DNA of 64,000 nt from a virus: IMG/VR virus record IMGVR_UViG_3300017991_000003, positions 64,001-128,000 of that record; one strand, given 5' to 3'. The position numbers and the translations under genes were made by a program. Below, in pieces: positions 9,633-19,593 of the stretch. Within the stretch, counting starts at the first letter, position 1, and the number at the start of each line of letters is the position of its first letter. Below the pieces are notes generated by a model. It was not told where the DNA came from. It saw only the letters and a list, made by a program, of their open reading frames with translations, and made no database searches.

Positions 9633-12600
9633 ATGGCCGATAACGTCCAGCTCTACGACGCGCATCTAAACCTCTGGACCCTCAGGACATCCGAGGACAC
9701 AGAAATCCACACGCCGCACCACGTGTCGCGGCTGGCGGACGGGGAGGGGCGCTTCTACAGGCCCGGACGGCCGGTACCTGTGTCGATCTACGGGACGGAC
9801 GGGGTCGAGATCAACATCGAGGCCGGCTCGATCGCTGTCAGCACAGACCACAACGAGGACTCAGTAGCGGTCTTCGGGTCGTCGACCCCTGAGGGGCTGG
9901 AAAACTTCAGGTCGCTGGTGGTGGACCCCCAGGGGCACCTCCAGACCACAGTGGTCTCAGCGCCTGGGGTGGAGCCCGTCGGGGACTCGCCCGACGCGGG
10001 GCAGCTAGGTACGGTCATCCTAGGGGTCCAGGTAGGGGCAACGCCAGCTAGTCAGGTCACGGGGGACGGTCGGACAGCCCCTCTGATCATGGACGATCGG
10101 GGCCGGCTCTTCGTCTCTTTCGGCAACTCCGTCGCGGTTCTGCCCTTCACGCAAAAGGGTGACCTACTTACTTATGACGGATCTGACGAAGTTGTCCTGG
10201 GCCCGACGGTCGACGACGCGCTTCTGACACTGGACTCCAGTACCAGTACCGGCCTCAGGTGGGTGAGCCCGGTGACGAGCTCCCCCAGCCCCGTGCTCTT
10301 CCTACGCGAGGATCTAACATGGGCTCTGCCCTCAGCAGGGGCACCGGGCGGGGCTGCGGGCGGAGACTTGGGCGGGACCTATCCGAACCCGTCTGTGGTC
10401 GCTATCCAAGGGATTTCCACTTCTGCGGCTGCGCCAACGCCTGGGCAGACCTGGGTGTACACCGGCAGCGCTTGGAGTCCGGGAAGCCCGGCTACCGGAG
10501 CTGCTACGGACCACGGGACGCTCACAGGGCTCCTCGACGATGATCACACCCAGTACATCCTGGCTGATGGCTCTCGAGACTTCTCAGGCTCAATCGGCAT
10601 GGGTGGGAATGAGATCACGGATGTGGCCTCTCCTATCCTCGTATCCTGGGCAGCTAACAAGGGTTACGTTGATGATCAGATCACCGCGTCCGTCATCACG
10701 GACCACGGCGGGCTAGGCGGGCTCGGGGATGACGACCATACCCAGTACGTGTTGGTGGCTGGCACTCGTGCGTTCACGGGCGATCAGAGCCTAGGCGGTA
10801 ACAAGATCACGAGTCTGGGGTCCCCGACCACCGCAAGCGATGGAGCCAACAAAGGTTACGTCGACGCTAACGTGGTCACGGACCACGGCGCTTTGATCGG
10901 GCTGGGGGATGATGACCACACCCAGTACATCCTGACTGCGGGGACTCGAGCCTTCAGTGGTAACCAGAGCCTAGGCGGCAACCTGATCACAAGCCTAGGC
11001 TCGCCTACTACCGCAAGTGGTGGTGCTAACAAGGGTTACGTTGACGCGGCTATCACGTCGGCAGTGATCACGGATCACGGAGGGCTTGGCGGCCTGACGG
11101 ACGACGACCATACGCAGTACGTCCTGGTCGCAGGTACTCGAGCGTTCACAGGCAGCCAGAGCCTGGGCGGTAACCTGATCACGTCGCTAGGGTCTCCTAC
11201 TGTTGTAAGTGACGCAGCTAACAAAGGTTACGTTGATGCGCAGATCCCGACGAGCCTACCCCCTAGCGGGGCTGCTAGTGGTGATCTAGGCGGCACGTAC
11301 CCCGGGCCTACTGTGGTGGCCATTCAAGGCACCGGAGTCAGTGCAAACGCTCCAAGTACTGGTGATGGCCTGGTTTACACCGGAGCGGCTTGGAGTCCGA
11401 CCGCGGTCTATCGACCTGGCGGGACGGATGTGGCTGTGGCAGACGGGGGCACCGGGGCGTCGGACGCGTCCACGGCGCGTAGCAATCTAGGCCTGACCAT
11501 CGGGCTCGACGTCCAAGCCCACTCCGCAGTTCTTGACGCTACAACGGCCAGTTACACAACCGCGGCCGAGGGTAAGCTCTCGGGCATCGAGACCAACGCT
11601 GATGTCACGGACACAGCCAACGTGACGGCCGCTGGCGCTGTCATGATCGGCACAACGGCCGCGGCCGGGGACCTGAGCGGTACCTACCCGAGCCCGACGG
11701 TCGTGGCCATTCAGGGGACTGGCGTCTCGAGCACTGCGCCGAGCTCTGGGCAGGCCCTGATCTACTCCGGCACTGTCTGGAGCCCCAGCACGCTCCCCAG
11801 CGGGGTGACGGACCACGGGGCCCTGACCGGACTCGGAGACGACGACCATACCCAGTACATCCTGGTTGGTGGCACTCGCGCCTTCACGGGCAACCAGTCG
11901 ATGGGCGGCAACCTGCTCACGTCGTTGGGGAGCCCGGTGGCGGTAACAGACGCAGCTAACAAGGGTTACGTCAATGCCTCGATCACCGCGGCCGTCGTCA
12001 CGGACCACGGGGCCCTTGACGGGCTGGCCGATGACGACCACACCCAGTACCACAACGACGCTCGGGCGCTGACGTGGTTGGGGACGCGCGACACAGATGA
12101 CCTGGACCCGAGCGCCACCCGTCTCTACATGAGCCCGGGTGAGCGCACCAAGCTCGCCGGGATCGAAGCGCTTGCCGATGTGACCGATGCGGCCAACGTG
12201 GCCGCGGCCGGCGCTGTCATGGTCGGTGACGCTGCGGGCGGTGATCTTAGCGGTACCTACGCAAACCCGTCCGTGGTCGCGATCCAGGGTACGGGTTGCT
12301 CTTCAGCAACGCCGACCGCCGGCCAGACCTGGGTCTACTCCGGGTCCCAGTGGAGTCCTGGCTCACCCGCTGTTGGTGGCGCGTCAGATCACGGAACCCT
12401 GACCGGGCTGGGCGACGACGACCACACTCAGTACATTCTTGTTGACGGTACACGGGCCTTCACAGGCGCAGTTAGTCTCGGTGGGAGCCAGATCAACAGC
12501 CTGGCTTCGCCCACGCTCCCAGCAGATGCAGCCAACAAGGGCTACGTCGACGACCAGATCCCGACGAGTCTACCCCCTAGCGGGGCAGCGTCTGGCGACC

Positions 12601-13409
12601 TTGGTGGGACCTACCCGGGCCCAGACGTGGTGGCTATCCAGGGGACCGCGGTCAACTCGGCGACGCCGACGACGGGTGAGGCCCTGCTCTACTCGGGAAC
12701 GCAGTGGAGCCCTGGGCCGATCAACTTCCTCGAGCTCAACGACGTCGATCCCACAGGCCTGACCAACCTCGACCTGTTCTACTACAGCTCGGCGTCGGGG
12801 ACTATCGTCCGGTCTAGCGGCCTCACGACCTACGCGTTCTACACGCACAGCGGATCGCACATCCACGGACAGTACGACGCAATCGACGGGGATCAGCTAT
12901 CGATCACCCAGCCGGGCGTCAACTACTCCCCGACGACCGACGCGACATACGGCACCAACACGGCGCACCTCGCTGCCCATCTGCGGGGTATCGGTCTGGT
13001 CCTGGAGGATGTCAGTCCCGCGGTCACCAAGCTCGCCGGGATCGAGGCGGGCGCTGAAGCCAACGACGTTCAGACCAAGAGCATCACGATCGAGGCGCCG
13101 ACCACGACGGAAGACATCTCGTTCTTCTACGCTCCGGTAGCGATGACGATCTCAGAGATGGTCACGGTCCTGGTGGGCTCTCCTACGCCGTCCCTAGCGT
13201 GGACGCTCCGGCACAGCACCGACAGGAGCGCTGTGGGCAACGAGGTCATCACCGGGGGATCCACGGCGAATAGTACGACGACCGGTAACGTGCTGACCTC
13301 CTTCAACGACGCAACGGTCCCAGCCAACTCCTTCCTGTGGGTTGAAACGGCGAGCCCCAGCACGAACGTGACGAGCTTCCAGCTCAGCGTTGAGTACACC
13401 GACGACTGA
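9633..13409 (+). CDS. tail fibre protein, repeat-rich
   Basis: 1258 aa; about 7 copies of a ~60-aa unit (TDHGxLxGLxDDDHTQYxL...GGNxITSLGSP...ANKGYVD) resembling phage tail-fibre repeats, plus 5 copies of GDLGGTYPxPxVVAIQG; GGGAGG SD before ATG. Confidence 0.85.
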   Translation: MADNVQLYDAHLNLWTLRTSEDTEIHTPHHVSRLADGEGRFYRPGRPVPVSIYGTDGVEINIEAGSIAVSTDHNEDSVAVFGSSTPEGLENFRSLVVDPQGHLQTTVVSAPGVEPVGDSPDAGQLGTVILGVQVGATPASQVTGDGRTAPLIMDDRGRLFVSFGNSVAVLPFTQKGDLLTYDGSDEVVLGPTVDDALLTLDSSTSTGLRWVSPVTSSPSPVLFLREDLTWALPSAGAPGGAAGGDLGGTYPNPSVVAIQGISTSAAAPTPGQTWVYTGSAWSPGSPATGAATDHGTLTGLLDDDHTQYILADGSRDFSGSIGMGGNEITDVASPILVSWAANKGYVDDQITASVITDHGGLGGLGDDDHTQYVLVAGTRAFTGDQSLGGNKITSLGSPTTASDGANKGYVDANVVTDHGALIGLGDDDHTQYILTAGTRAFSGNQSLGGNLITSLGSPTTASGGANKGYVDAAITSAVITDHGGLGGLTDDDHTQYVLVAGTRAFTGSQSLGGNLITSLGSPTVVSDAANKGYVDAQIPTSLPPSGAASGDLGGTYPGPTVVAIQGTGVSANAPSTGDGLVYTGAAWSPTAVYRPGGTDVAVADGGTGASDASTARSNLGLTIGLDVQAHSAVLDATTASYTTAAEGKLSGIETNADVTDTANVTAAGAVMIGTTAAAGDLSGTYPSPTVVAIQGTGVSSTAPSSGQALIYSGTVWSPSTLPSGVTDHGALTGLGDDDHTQYILVGGTRAFTGNQSMGGNLLTSLGSPVAVTDAANKGYVNASITAAVVTDHGALDGLADDDHTQYHNDARALTWLGTRDTDDLDPSATRLYMSPGERTKLAGIEALADVTDAANVAAAGAVMVGDAAGGDLSGTYANPSVVAIQGTGCSSATPTAGQTWVYSGSQWSPGSPAVGGASDHGTLTGLGDDDHTQYILVDGTRAFTGAVSLGGSQINSLASPTLPADAANKGYVDDQIPTSLPPSGAASGDLGGTYPGPDVVAIQGTAVNSATPTTGEALLYSGTQWSPGPINFLELNDVDPTGLTNLDLFYYSSASGTIVRSSGLTTYAFYTHSGSHIHGQYDAIDGDQLSITQPGVNYSPTTDATYGTNTAHLAAHLRGIGLVLEDVSPAVTKLAGIEAGAEANDVQTKSITIEAPTTTEDISFFYAPVAMTISEMVTVLVGSPTPSLAWTLRHSTDRSAVGNEVITGGSTANSTTTGNVLTSFNDATVPANSFLWVETASPSTNVTSFQLSVEYTDD
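10506..12560 (+). repeat. intragenic array of ~180-bp diverged repeats in the tail fibre gene
   Basis: Repeated DDDHTQY / ANKGYVD units seen in the translation and DNA. Confidence 0.75.
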
Positions 13410-14545
13410 TGAGTGACTTCCTAGTCCAGCGCGATCAGACCGACGTGCCCACCGCCGGCACGACTGCGTCGATCACCGCCGTCTCGAGCCTGAACTCTGC
13501 ATTCGAGATGATGAGCAGCAACCGCCGGATGTCTGGCGGCCCCTCTGCGGTTACGACCAACCAGGAGGCTGATGACCTCTCCGCGGCCGGCGTGCTCACA
13601 GACACGAGCACGATCACCTACTCGCGAGTCTCCGGGTCGAGCTCGAACACGATGCGCTGCGCCATGGAGGTGGTGGAGTACACGGGCCCAGCGGGCGGCC
13701 CCAACGAGTTCATCGTGCGGGGGCGGTACACAGGTCTACTGACCGGCGGCACCAACTCAGTAAGTGTCACCGTGTCCGGTGTCTCTGACAAGGACAGGTG
13801 TATCCCGATCATCACCGGCATCTTGTGCGAGGACACAACGGACGGGGGTGCCCGGGCTACCGGTCTGGTCCTGCTCACAAACGCGACTACCGCAGTGGTC
13901 TATGCAGGCGGGTCCGCCTCTCGTGTGACTGTGCACTTCACGCTAGTTGAGTTCACTGGATCGGCGTGGACTGTCGGGCACGCTGCGGCTGGTCCTGTCT
14001 CGGCTGACTCGGGGTCCGCTACGATCGTCACGGGATCAAACGGCTCGAGCGGAACGACCGTGGATGTCGGGGACTGGGGTACCGCTTGCATCTTCGCGCA
14101 TCATGCGGGCGATCTGGGCTCGGACGCCAATCAGGCCATCGCAGATAACTGGCCCAACATCACACCCACCTCCGGGAGCACGACCTCAGTCGACTACACC
14201 TTCAACTCCCAGCACGACGGGGTCAACAACCTACACCTGGCTCACGTTCTCCAGCACGACGATATGGTCGTGCAGCGGATCACAGACACTGGCAGCCATA
14301 CCGGGGCACGGAACGTGTCGATCCCGTCCACGCTCTCGTCTATTAGCGAGGCTTTCGTGCGAGTGTGCCGAACCTCGAGCGGTGCGGGTACGGCCTACGG
14401 CCGTGGTTGGGTCAACGCCCGGCTGACTACGACCAGCAACGTAGAGCTCTGGGTCCACCGAAACGGCAACTCGATCGATACCCGCATCGAGGTTGTTGAC
14501 CTCTCTAGCATCTCCTCGGCTACCAGGAGGATCTTCGTCGTCTGA
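13409..14545 (+). CDS. hypothetical virion/tail-fibre-associated protein
   Basis: 378 aa, Ser/Thr/Gly-rich; start overlaps upstream stop (TGATG). Confidence 0.6.
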   Translation: MSDFLVQRDQTDVPTAGTTASITAVSSLNSAFEMMSSNRRMSGGPSAVTTNQEADDLSAAGVLTDTSTITYSRVSGSSSNTMRCAMEVVEYTGPAGGPNEFIVRGRYTGLLTGGTNSVSVTVSGVSDKDRCIPIITGILCEDTTDGGARATGLVLLTNATTAVVYAGGSASRVTVHFTLVEFTGSAWTVGHAAAGPVSADSGSATIVTGSNGSSGTTVDVGDWGTACIFAHHAGDLGSDANQAIADNWPNITPTSGSTTSVDYTFNSQHDGVNNLHLAHVLQHDDMVVQRITDTGSHTGARNVSIPSTLSSISEAFVRVCRTSSGAGTAYGRGWVNARLTTTSNVELWVHRNGNSIDTRIEVVDLSSISSATRRIFVV

Positions 14546-15354
14546 TGACTGACAACATCCGAATCCAGACGGTCGACGGAGAGCGGTGGATCCGCACCTC
14601 CGAGATCGGCGGGGTCCACCACCCACACCACATCGCGCGCCTGTCCGACGGCTTGGGCGTGGTGTACAGTCCGGGCTATCCCGTCCCGGTCTCGATCTTT
14701 TCCGCAGATGGGTCGGCAACCATTACGCTTAGCGGCGGCGACCTAGCTGTTGGTCTGGACCATACCGAGGACTCGATCACGATCTGGGCGCACACCAACG
14801 CGGCGGGCTCCGGCAGCCCTGTCGCTGTCGTGGTCGACACCGATGGCCACCTCCAGGTCGACGTGCTCTCGAGCGATTGGCCGCAGCAACCTTTCGACGA
14901 ACCGGTACCAGCTGAGTACTCCGGCATGGTTATGCTCGGGGTCCAGACGGGTAGCCCTGAAGCACAAGCCACGGATGGCGCCTTCGCGCCCTTCCAGTTT
15001 GACAAGCAGGGTCGCCTGATCGTATCGATCGACCAGTCCTACCAAGGCGGGGCCTTGAAGCTGGTATCGGCCACCAAGACGAGCCCGTTCGTCGTGTGGG
15101 AGGATGATGTGCCCGCCTCTCTCCACTATGTCGACGTCTATCGTTGTTCTGGAACGTACACAATTGGCCTCCCTTCTCCCGCTGATCCCGCGGCAGCGGA
15201 TGGCCGAGTAGTCTGGATCAAGAACATAGGCACAGGCATGCTTACACTGAGTCCTGAAGGCGGGACCCTTGAGCTCAAAGCGGGGCTACTGCTAGCTAGC
15301 CGATCCTCTATCACCTTGCGCTCCAACACTGTAGACGACTGGGAGATTCTCTAA
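14545..15354 (+). CDS. tail fibre/spike paralogue sharing the N-terminal domain of 9633..13409
   Basis: First ~160 aa align with the fibre N-terminus (RTSE, HxPHHxxRLxDGxG, PGxPVPVSI, GHLQ, LGVQ, GRLxVS); TGATG coupling. Confidence 0.6.
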   Translation: MTDNIRIQTVDGERWIRTSEIGGVHHPHHIARLSDGLGVVYSPGYPVPVSIFSADGSATITLSGGDLAVGLDHTEDSITIWAHTNAAGSGSPVAVVVDTDGHLQVDVLSSDWPQQPFDEPVPAEYSGMVMLGVQTGSPEAQATDGAFAPFQFDKQGRLIVSIDQSYQGGALKLVSATKTSPFVVWEDDVPASLHYVDVYRCSGTYTIGLPSPADPAAADGRVVWIKNIGTGMLTLSPEGGTLELKAGLLLASRSSITLRSNTVDDWEIL

Positions 15355-16127
15355 TGACGTTCCTACCGCTCGACACAGACTATTACGCCGCCGTCGAGGC
15401 AGGCGAGGTTCCAGGTGCGACCCTGCTCAACAAGTTTGGCAGGGCGGAGATCGGGACATCGTTGACGCCTATCAGTCGGGAGCTGGTCTACCAGACCCCT
15501 ACAACGGCCACAGTGCTGGAGTTTGTATCGGATGATGCCAACGATACGAGCGCAGGGACTGGGGCTCGGGAGATCTCGATCATTGGCCTGAACTCCTCGT
15601 GGGAGGAGGTGATGCAGACCGTCACAACAAACGGGACAACAGCGGTAGCCCTCTCGACCCCGCTAATCAGGATGTATCGGTGGTACGTGACGAAGTCCGG
15701 AACCTACGCCACGTCATCAACGGGATCACATGCCGGGACGCTGACTATCCAAGAATCTGGTGGCGGCACGGTGTGGTCGTCAATCGGCGTAACACCCTTC
15801 CCCACCGGGCAGTCCCAAATCGGGATCACGACCATCCCCATCGGTAAAAGAGGCGTCCTGCTGTCTACTCACGTGTTCGTTGACACGTCTAAGAGTGTTG
15901 ATCTGTACCTGTTTCAGCGGCCTAACGCGGACGTCGTTACAGCGCCCTACACAGGAGCGATGCGCGTTGTTCGAGAGTTCCAGGGTGTCACAGGCCCGAT
16001 TACCTACGTTCCCCGCGGAGGGGCCGGCGCATTCGTCGGGCCTTGTGATATCGGGTTTATGGGCCAGGTAACAGTTGGCACGGCCGCTGTGTCCTGCGAC
16101 TTCGAGCTGCTTCTGCTAGATCTTTAG
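15354..16127 (+). CDS. hypothetical structural protein
   Basis: 257 aa; TAATG coupling to upstream gene; last gene of fibre operon. Confidence 0.55.
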   Translation: MTFLPLDTDYYAAVEAGEVPGATLLNKFGRAEIGTSLTPISRELVYQTPTTATVLEFVSDDANDTSAGTGAREISIIGLNSSWEEVMQTVTTNGTTAVALSTPLIRMYRWYVTKSGTYATSSTGSHAGTLTIQESGGGTVWSSIGVTPFPTGQSQIGITTIPIGKRGVLLSTHVFVDTSKSVDLYLFQRPNADVVTAPYTGAMRVVREFQGVTGPITYVPRGGAGAFVGPCDIGFMGQVTVGTAAVSCDFELLLLDL

Positions 16128-16129
16128 GT

Positions 16130-16164
16130 AAAAAAGAGGAGAGTAGCGAGCCGCTGCCCTCCTC
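16130..16164 (-). terminator. candidate intrinsic terminator between convergent genes
   Basis: A-run 16130-16135 then GAGGAG...CTCCTC stem on plus strand (hairpin followed by U-run on minus strand); long loop, weak. Confidence 0.3.
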
Positions 16165-16208
16165 CACACCGTGGGTCATCACCCCCTAGGATCCTCCCCG
16201 CAGTGTCG

Positions 16209-17174
16209 CTAGATCTGGTACGCGTCCAGCGGCGTGCCGCGGGTCATCCCCAGCCTGAAGCCAGCCGCCTTCGCGTGACCGCCACCGGAGATGGCGATGC
16301 CGCGGTCGAACAAGTCGCGCGCGACGGCCGAGACGTCGATGTCGTTGTCTGCGTGAGTGCGGAGACTGACGATAAGCTGATTGGTATCTCGATCAATGCG
16401 CCAGTTGCCCACAATCGCATCGCCCATCTTGTTGTAGAGAAGCTCAGCAGCCTCAGAGATGTAACGATCCTCAGGAGCCAACCACATCTGGTACCCGCCG
16501 ATCTCGTACAGCGAGACGTTGTAGTTGCTCTCGGCTGCTTGCTTGTAGATGTGCCGGCGGATGCCTCGACCCTCGGCCACAAGCCGGTCCCGGCCATCCG
16601 GGCAATCAAGACTTTGGTTGAGCATGTCCCAGTTCTCCCAGTGCCGGGGATAGCTCTGGATAGCAGCGGCAATCTCCTCAGTGTCCGGAAGCTCCTTCAG
16701 CCATAGATCACGATCACGGATGTACTCGATGAGCGGGGTCGAGTGCTCGAAGAGCAGACGATTTGTCAAAGACGCTCCGCACTCCTCCATGTCGAACACG
16801 GCGAAGTCCCGGCATCCGCTGAGCGCATCCTTGGCGGTCTTGTGGTGATCGATGACCACCAGGTTCTTCATGCGCTCGAGCCAAGCGAGCAGGACATCAC
16901 GGCCCCAAGAGAAGTCCACGATGATGATCTGCCAACCATCCGGGACCTCTGGCACGGTGCCGTCGTAGTTGACTCCGCTGAAAGTCAGCTGGGTCTTACC
17001 GTCCCACAACGTATCGAACCCCTTGCAGAGATCCGTGAAGCCGTGGGCCATGAACCACTTGCGAACAAGCCACGCAGCCGTGAAGCCATCGGAGCAGGGG
17101 TCGTGATAGAACACGACTGTCGGGACGTCCAGGAGGATGCGGACGCCAGGCTCACTTCGGGGCTTGATAGACAT
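16209..17174 (-). CDS. DHH/DHHA1-family phosphoesterase (NrnA-like)
   Basis: 321 aa; DHH motif (VVIDHHKT), DHHA1 motif (SGGGHAKAAGF), N-terminal acidic motif (YHDPCSDG). Confidence 0.8.
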   Translation of the reverse strand: MSIKPRSEPGVRILLDVPTVVFYHDPCSDGFTAAWLVRKWFMAHGFTDLCKGFDTLWDGKTQLTFSGVNYDGTVPEVPDGWQIIIVDFSWGRDVLLAWLERMKNLVVIDHHKTAKDALSGCRDFAVFDMEECGASLTNRLLFEHSTPLIEYIRDRDLWLKELPDTEEIAAAIQSYPRHWENWDMLNQSLDCPDGRDRLVAEGRGIRRHIYKQAAESNYNVSLYEIGGYQMWLAPEDRYISEAAELLYNKMGDAIVGNWRIDRDTNQLIVSLRTHADNDIDVSAVARDLFDRGIAISGGGHAKAAGFRLGMTRGTPLDAYQI

Positions 17175-17562
17175 GAGGAAGTTTCTCGAGGATGAGGTAG
17201 ATGTCGCCAGCGTCCCAGGCAGCGGGATCGGTGAGGGCCTTGAGTACCTGAGTAGACGCCTTCAAATCATCCGGCGCGTAGGGGTCGCCGGTCTTGGCGT
17301 TCGACCACATTTTGGGCGTCAGTCGAAGCGGGCCGGCCCCAACCGGGGAGGACGCAATGTCGCCGCGGTACAGGAGCACGCTGATGACGTAAGCGATCTC
17401 TTGATCATCGAGGTGCTGATCCTCGACAACCTCGGAGGGCATCGACTTCGTCAGCTTGGGACTCACGTAGGTACTGAACAGGTCCCAGGACACGAAGCCG
17501 AGGAACCCGACAAGCAGGAGCGCTACTACGGTAGCGGTAACCCTAGCGATGAAGGTTTTCAT
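17152..17562 (-). CDS. membrane protein, lysis-associated (candidate holin or spanin)
   Basis: N-terminal hydrophobic helix (VTATVVALLLVGFLGFVSW); immediately downstream of the SLT-domain protein; start uncertain. Confidence 0.4.
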   Translation of the reverse strand: MKTFIARVTATVVALLLVGFLGFVSWDLFSTYVSPKLTKSMPSEVVEDQHLDDQEIAYVISVLLYRGDIASSPVGAGPLRLTPKMWSNAKTGDPYAPDDLKASTQVLKALTDPAAWDAGDIYLILEKLPHVYQAPK

Positions 17563-18107
17563 GGTAAGCGCGGACACGGGTCCAGAAGGGGATGGTGGAG
17601 ACCCGGGTCATGCCCATGGGTCCTCCGTTATGAATTCGAGCGATGGTCTCCAAGTCTCGAGCTGCCCAAGCCTCGGGGACCCAGCGAAGCATGTAGGCTT
17701 TGACGACCTGAGCTCCCATGGGGTAGATGCGGCAGAGCTCGTAGTCATCCGGGATACTTGGATCCTGCTCGCGAGCATCCTGCCAGTAGGCGCGGCTGAT
17801 CTGAAAGGGGCCGATTGATGTTCCGCCGCCCCCATCCGGCGGGTCGTACTGGCCGTCGGTCTCGGCAAGCCAGATCAGCTCGAGGACCTGCTCTTCGGTG
17901 AGTACAGGCTCTGCCGGAGCCGGGACACGGTCGGCCGCTTCAACGCCTGCGGCAGCACCATCCTTGAAGCCTTGGTCGTAGGCCAGGCCGCTGTCCTTGC
18001 GGTAGTTGTACGCGGTGATTGACGCACTCAGCACCACCAGGATGGCGGTGACGAGAAACCACGCGACCCAATCGCGGGTGTGGTTGGTGAATGGTTGAGT
18101 AGTCATG
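17543..18107 (-). CDS. membrane-anchored lysozyme-like/SLT-domain lytic transglycosylase (candidate endolysin)
   Basis: ORF trimmed to ATG 18107..18105 (MTTQPFTNH...); N-terminal TM helix (WVAWFLVTAILVVLSASITAY) then SLT-like motifs (LAETDGQ, GPFQISRAYW, IARIHNGGPMG). Confidence 0.6.
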
Positions 18108-18198
18108 CTGGTTCTCTGGGTGGTTGTTACAAGACGTTTGTAGCCAAGGGACTTATGACCGATAGGAGACCCGAGCTGAGCACCCGGATCCCCTGTGG

Positions 18199-19593
18199 CT
18201 AGTAGGCAGCCTGACCACCGCTGCTCGCCATGTCCTGGACAGGGCCGAGCTGCGCGAACCGCATGTCGTAGAGATCCCATTGAACACGATAGGGTTGGTC
18301 GACCGCACCGTCTCGGACCTTGCCGAGCTTCATGTCGATGACGCGGGCGTTGTTACCGGCATCCTTCGGCGGTACCAGGAAGACGAGGTTGTTGGAGTCG
18401 TGCGAGATGCTCTGGCTGAAAGCCACAGCATCAGCGTTCGACCGGGCCAGCGTGCCTTCATTTCGGCGCAGCTGCGTGGCCAGCATGTAGTGACGGTTGG
18501 ACATCAGCGTATGCAGACGCATCTGCCGCATGTTGCCCTCCACCTTCTGCCAGCGCTCCTTACCAGGGCCCTCCATGTAGTAGAAGCCGTCGATCAAGAC
18601 CAGGTCCGCGCCAAACTCCTCAGCCTGTGCGGCAACCTGATCAGGAGTCGTAGCCTGGTTAGGGCCCACGATGCGCAGGTTCTCACCAACGCGAGCGTGC
18701 GGCCCGTCTGCTTTCAGGCTACGCAATGCCTCGAAGTAGGCCGCCTTCTCCACGTCACTTAGCTTCTGCTTCATGAGGCGGTTGAAGCTAGTGCTCGAGA
18801 GCACCGCGGCTTGGCGTCGAGCCACATCGATGGGTGCCATCTCCAGACTGACGATCAAGACCCGAGCGCGGGCGGCGTCCTTCTGCTCCTGCGTCCACGC
18901 CGGGATGTCGGGTGGGCGGTGGAAGATGTAGGGATCTCCCAGGAGGCCGGCGGCACTGTTGAGCACGATGAACCAAGTCTTGCCGAGGCCGGTAGGAGCC
19001 ACACAGCTGGTGATCTGCGCAGGGTGCCAGCCCCCAAGCTGTTCCTGAATGAACAGGAACGGACAAGGGATGCCGAGCTTCACGCCGGCCAGCCGATCGT
19101 TGTAGTCCTGCTCGAGATCCTCAGCGTACTCTCGGAAGTCCTTGATCTCCGTCTTGTGTGCCGAGTACCTAGCTTGCAACGTATGAGCGTACAAGGACAT
19201 CGCGTCCTTGATGTCGAACGGGTCGGTGCGCTCGGTCAGCTGCTTGTGAAGATCCTGAAGGCTCTCTAGCACATCTACACGCACCGCCTCCTTAGCGACT
19301 TCGTCGTAGAGAACCGAGATGCTCGCTTCCGGGATCTCAGTACCAGCCAAGATCGTGGGAAGCTCAGGCCAGGCGCGCTGCGCCGTGTCAGGCGTAGGAA
19401 GCTCGTTGTACTGTGCTCGGTACCCGACGACCCACTCGATGATCTCCGTCATCGGCTCTTGAAAGAACCCGGGGTTGAGTCCGTTCTTGGCGACGTGGTG
19501 GTCGAAGGCGGCTAGGTTCCGGTCACTCAGGATCTTGGTCAGGAAGAGAGCCTCGACCCTGTCTCGAGAGTTGACGTTGGTGAACCCGGTCAC
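18199..19593 (-). CDS. replicative DNA helicase, DnaB-like
   Basis: 464 aa; Walker A (APTGLGKTWF), SLEM motif (LIVSLEMAP), Walker B-like (DLVLIDGF); likely GTG start overlapping upstream stop. Confidence 0.8.
   Translation of the reverse strand: MTGFTNVNSRDRVEALFLTKILSDRNLAAFDHHVAKNGLNPGFFQEPMTEIIEWVVGYRAQYNELPTPDTAQRAWPELPTILAGTEIPEASISVLYDEVAKEAVRVDVLESLQDLHKQLTERTDPFDIKDAMSLYAHTLQARYSAHKTEIKDFREYAEDLEQDYNDRLAGVKLGIPCPFLFIQEQLGGWHPAQITSCVAPTGLGKTWFIVLNSAAGLLGDPYIFHRPPDIPAWTQEQKDAARARVLIVSLEMAPIDVARRQAAVLSSTSFNRLMKQKLSDVEKAAYFEALRSLKADGPHARVGENLRIVGPNQATTPDQVAAQAEEFGADLVLIDGFYYMEGPGKERWQKVEGNMRQMRLHTLMSNRHYMLATQLRRNEGTLARSNADAVAFSQSISHDSNNLVFLVPPKDAGNNARVIDMKLGKVRDGAVDQPYRVQWDLYDMRFAQLGPVQDMASSGGQAAY

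Noticed and set aside
8555-9634. Primase start at the first Met of the track ORF (9634)
   Set aside because: That start would overlap the divergently transcribed fibre gene start at 9633 (CATG) and precedes the zinc finger by 45 residues; internal ATG at 9574 preferred, still uncertain
9633-13409. Diversity-generating retroelement targeting the tail fibre (RT plus variable repeat)
   Set aside because: The RT has the QGxxxSP motif and NAxxH typical of retron-like RTs rather than DGR RTs, lies 17 kb away on the opposite strand, and the fibre repeats are internal paralogous units rather than a template/variable repeat pair
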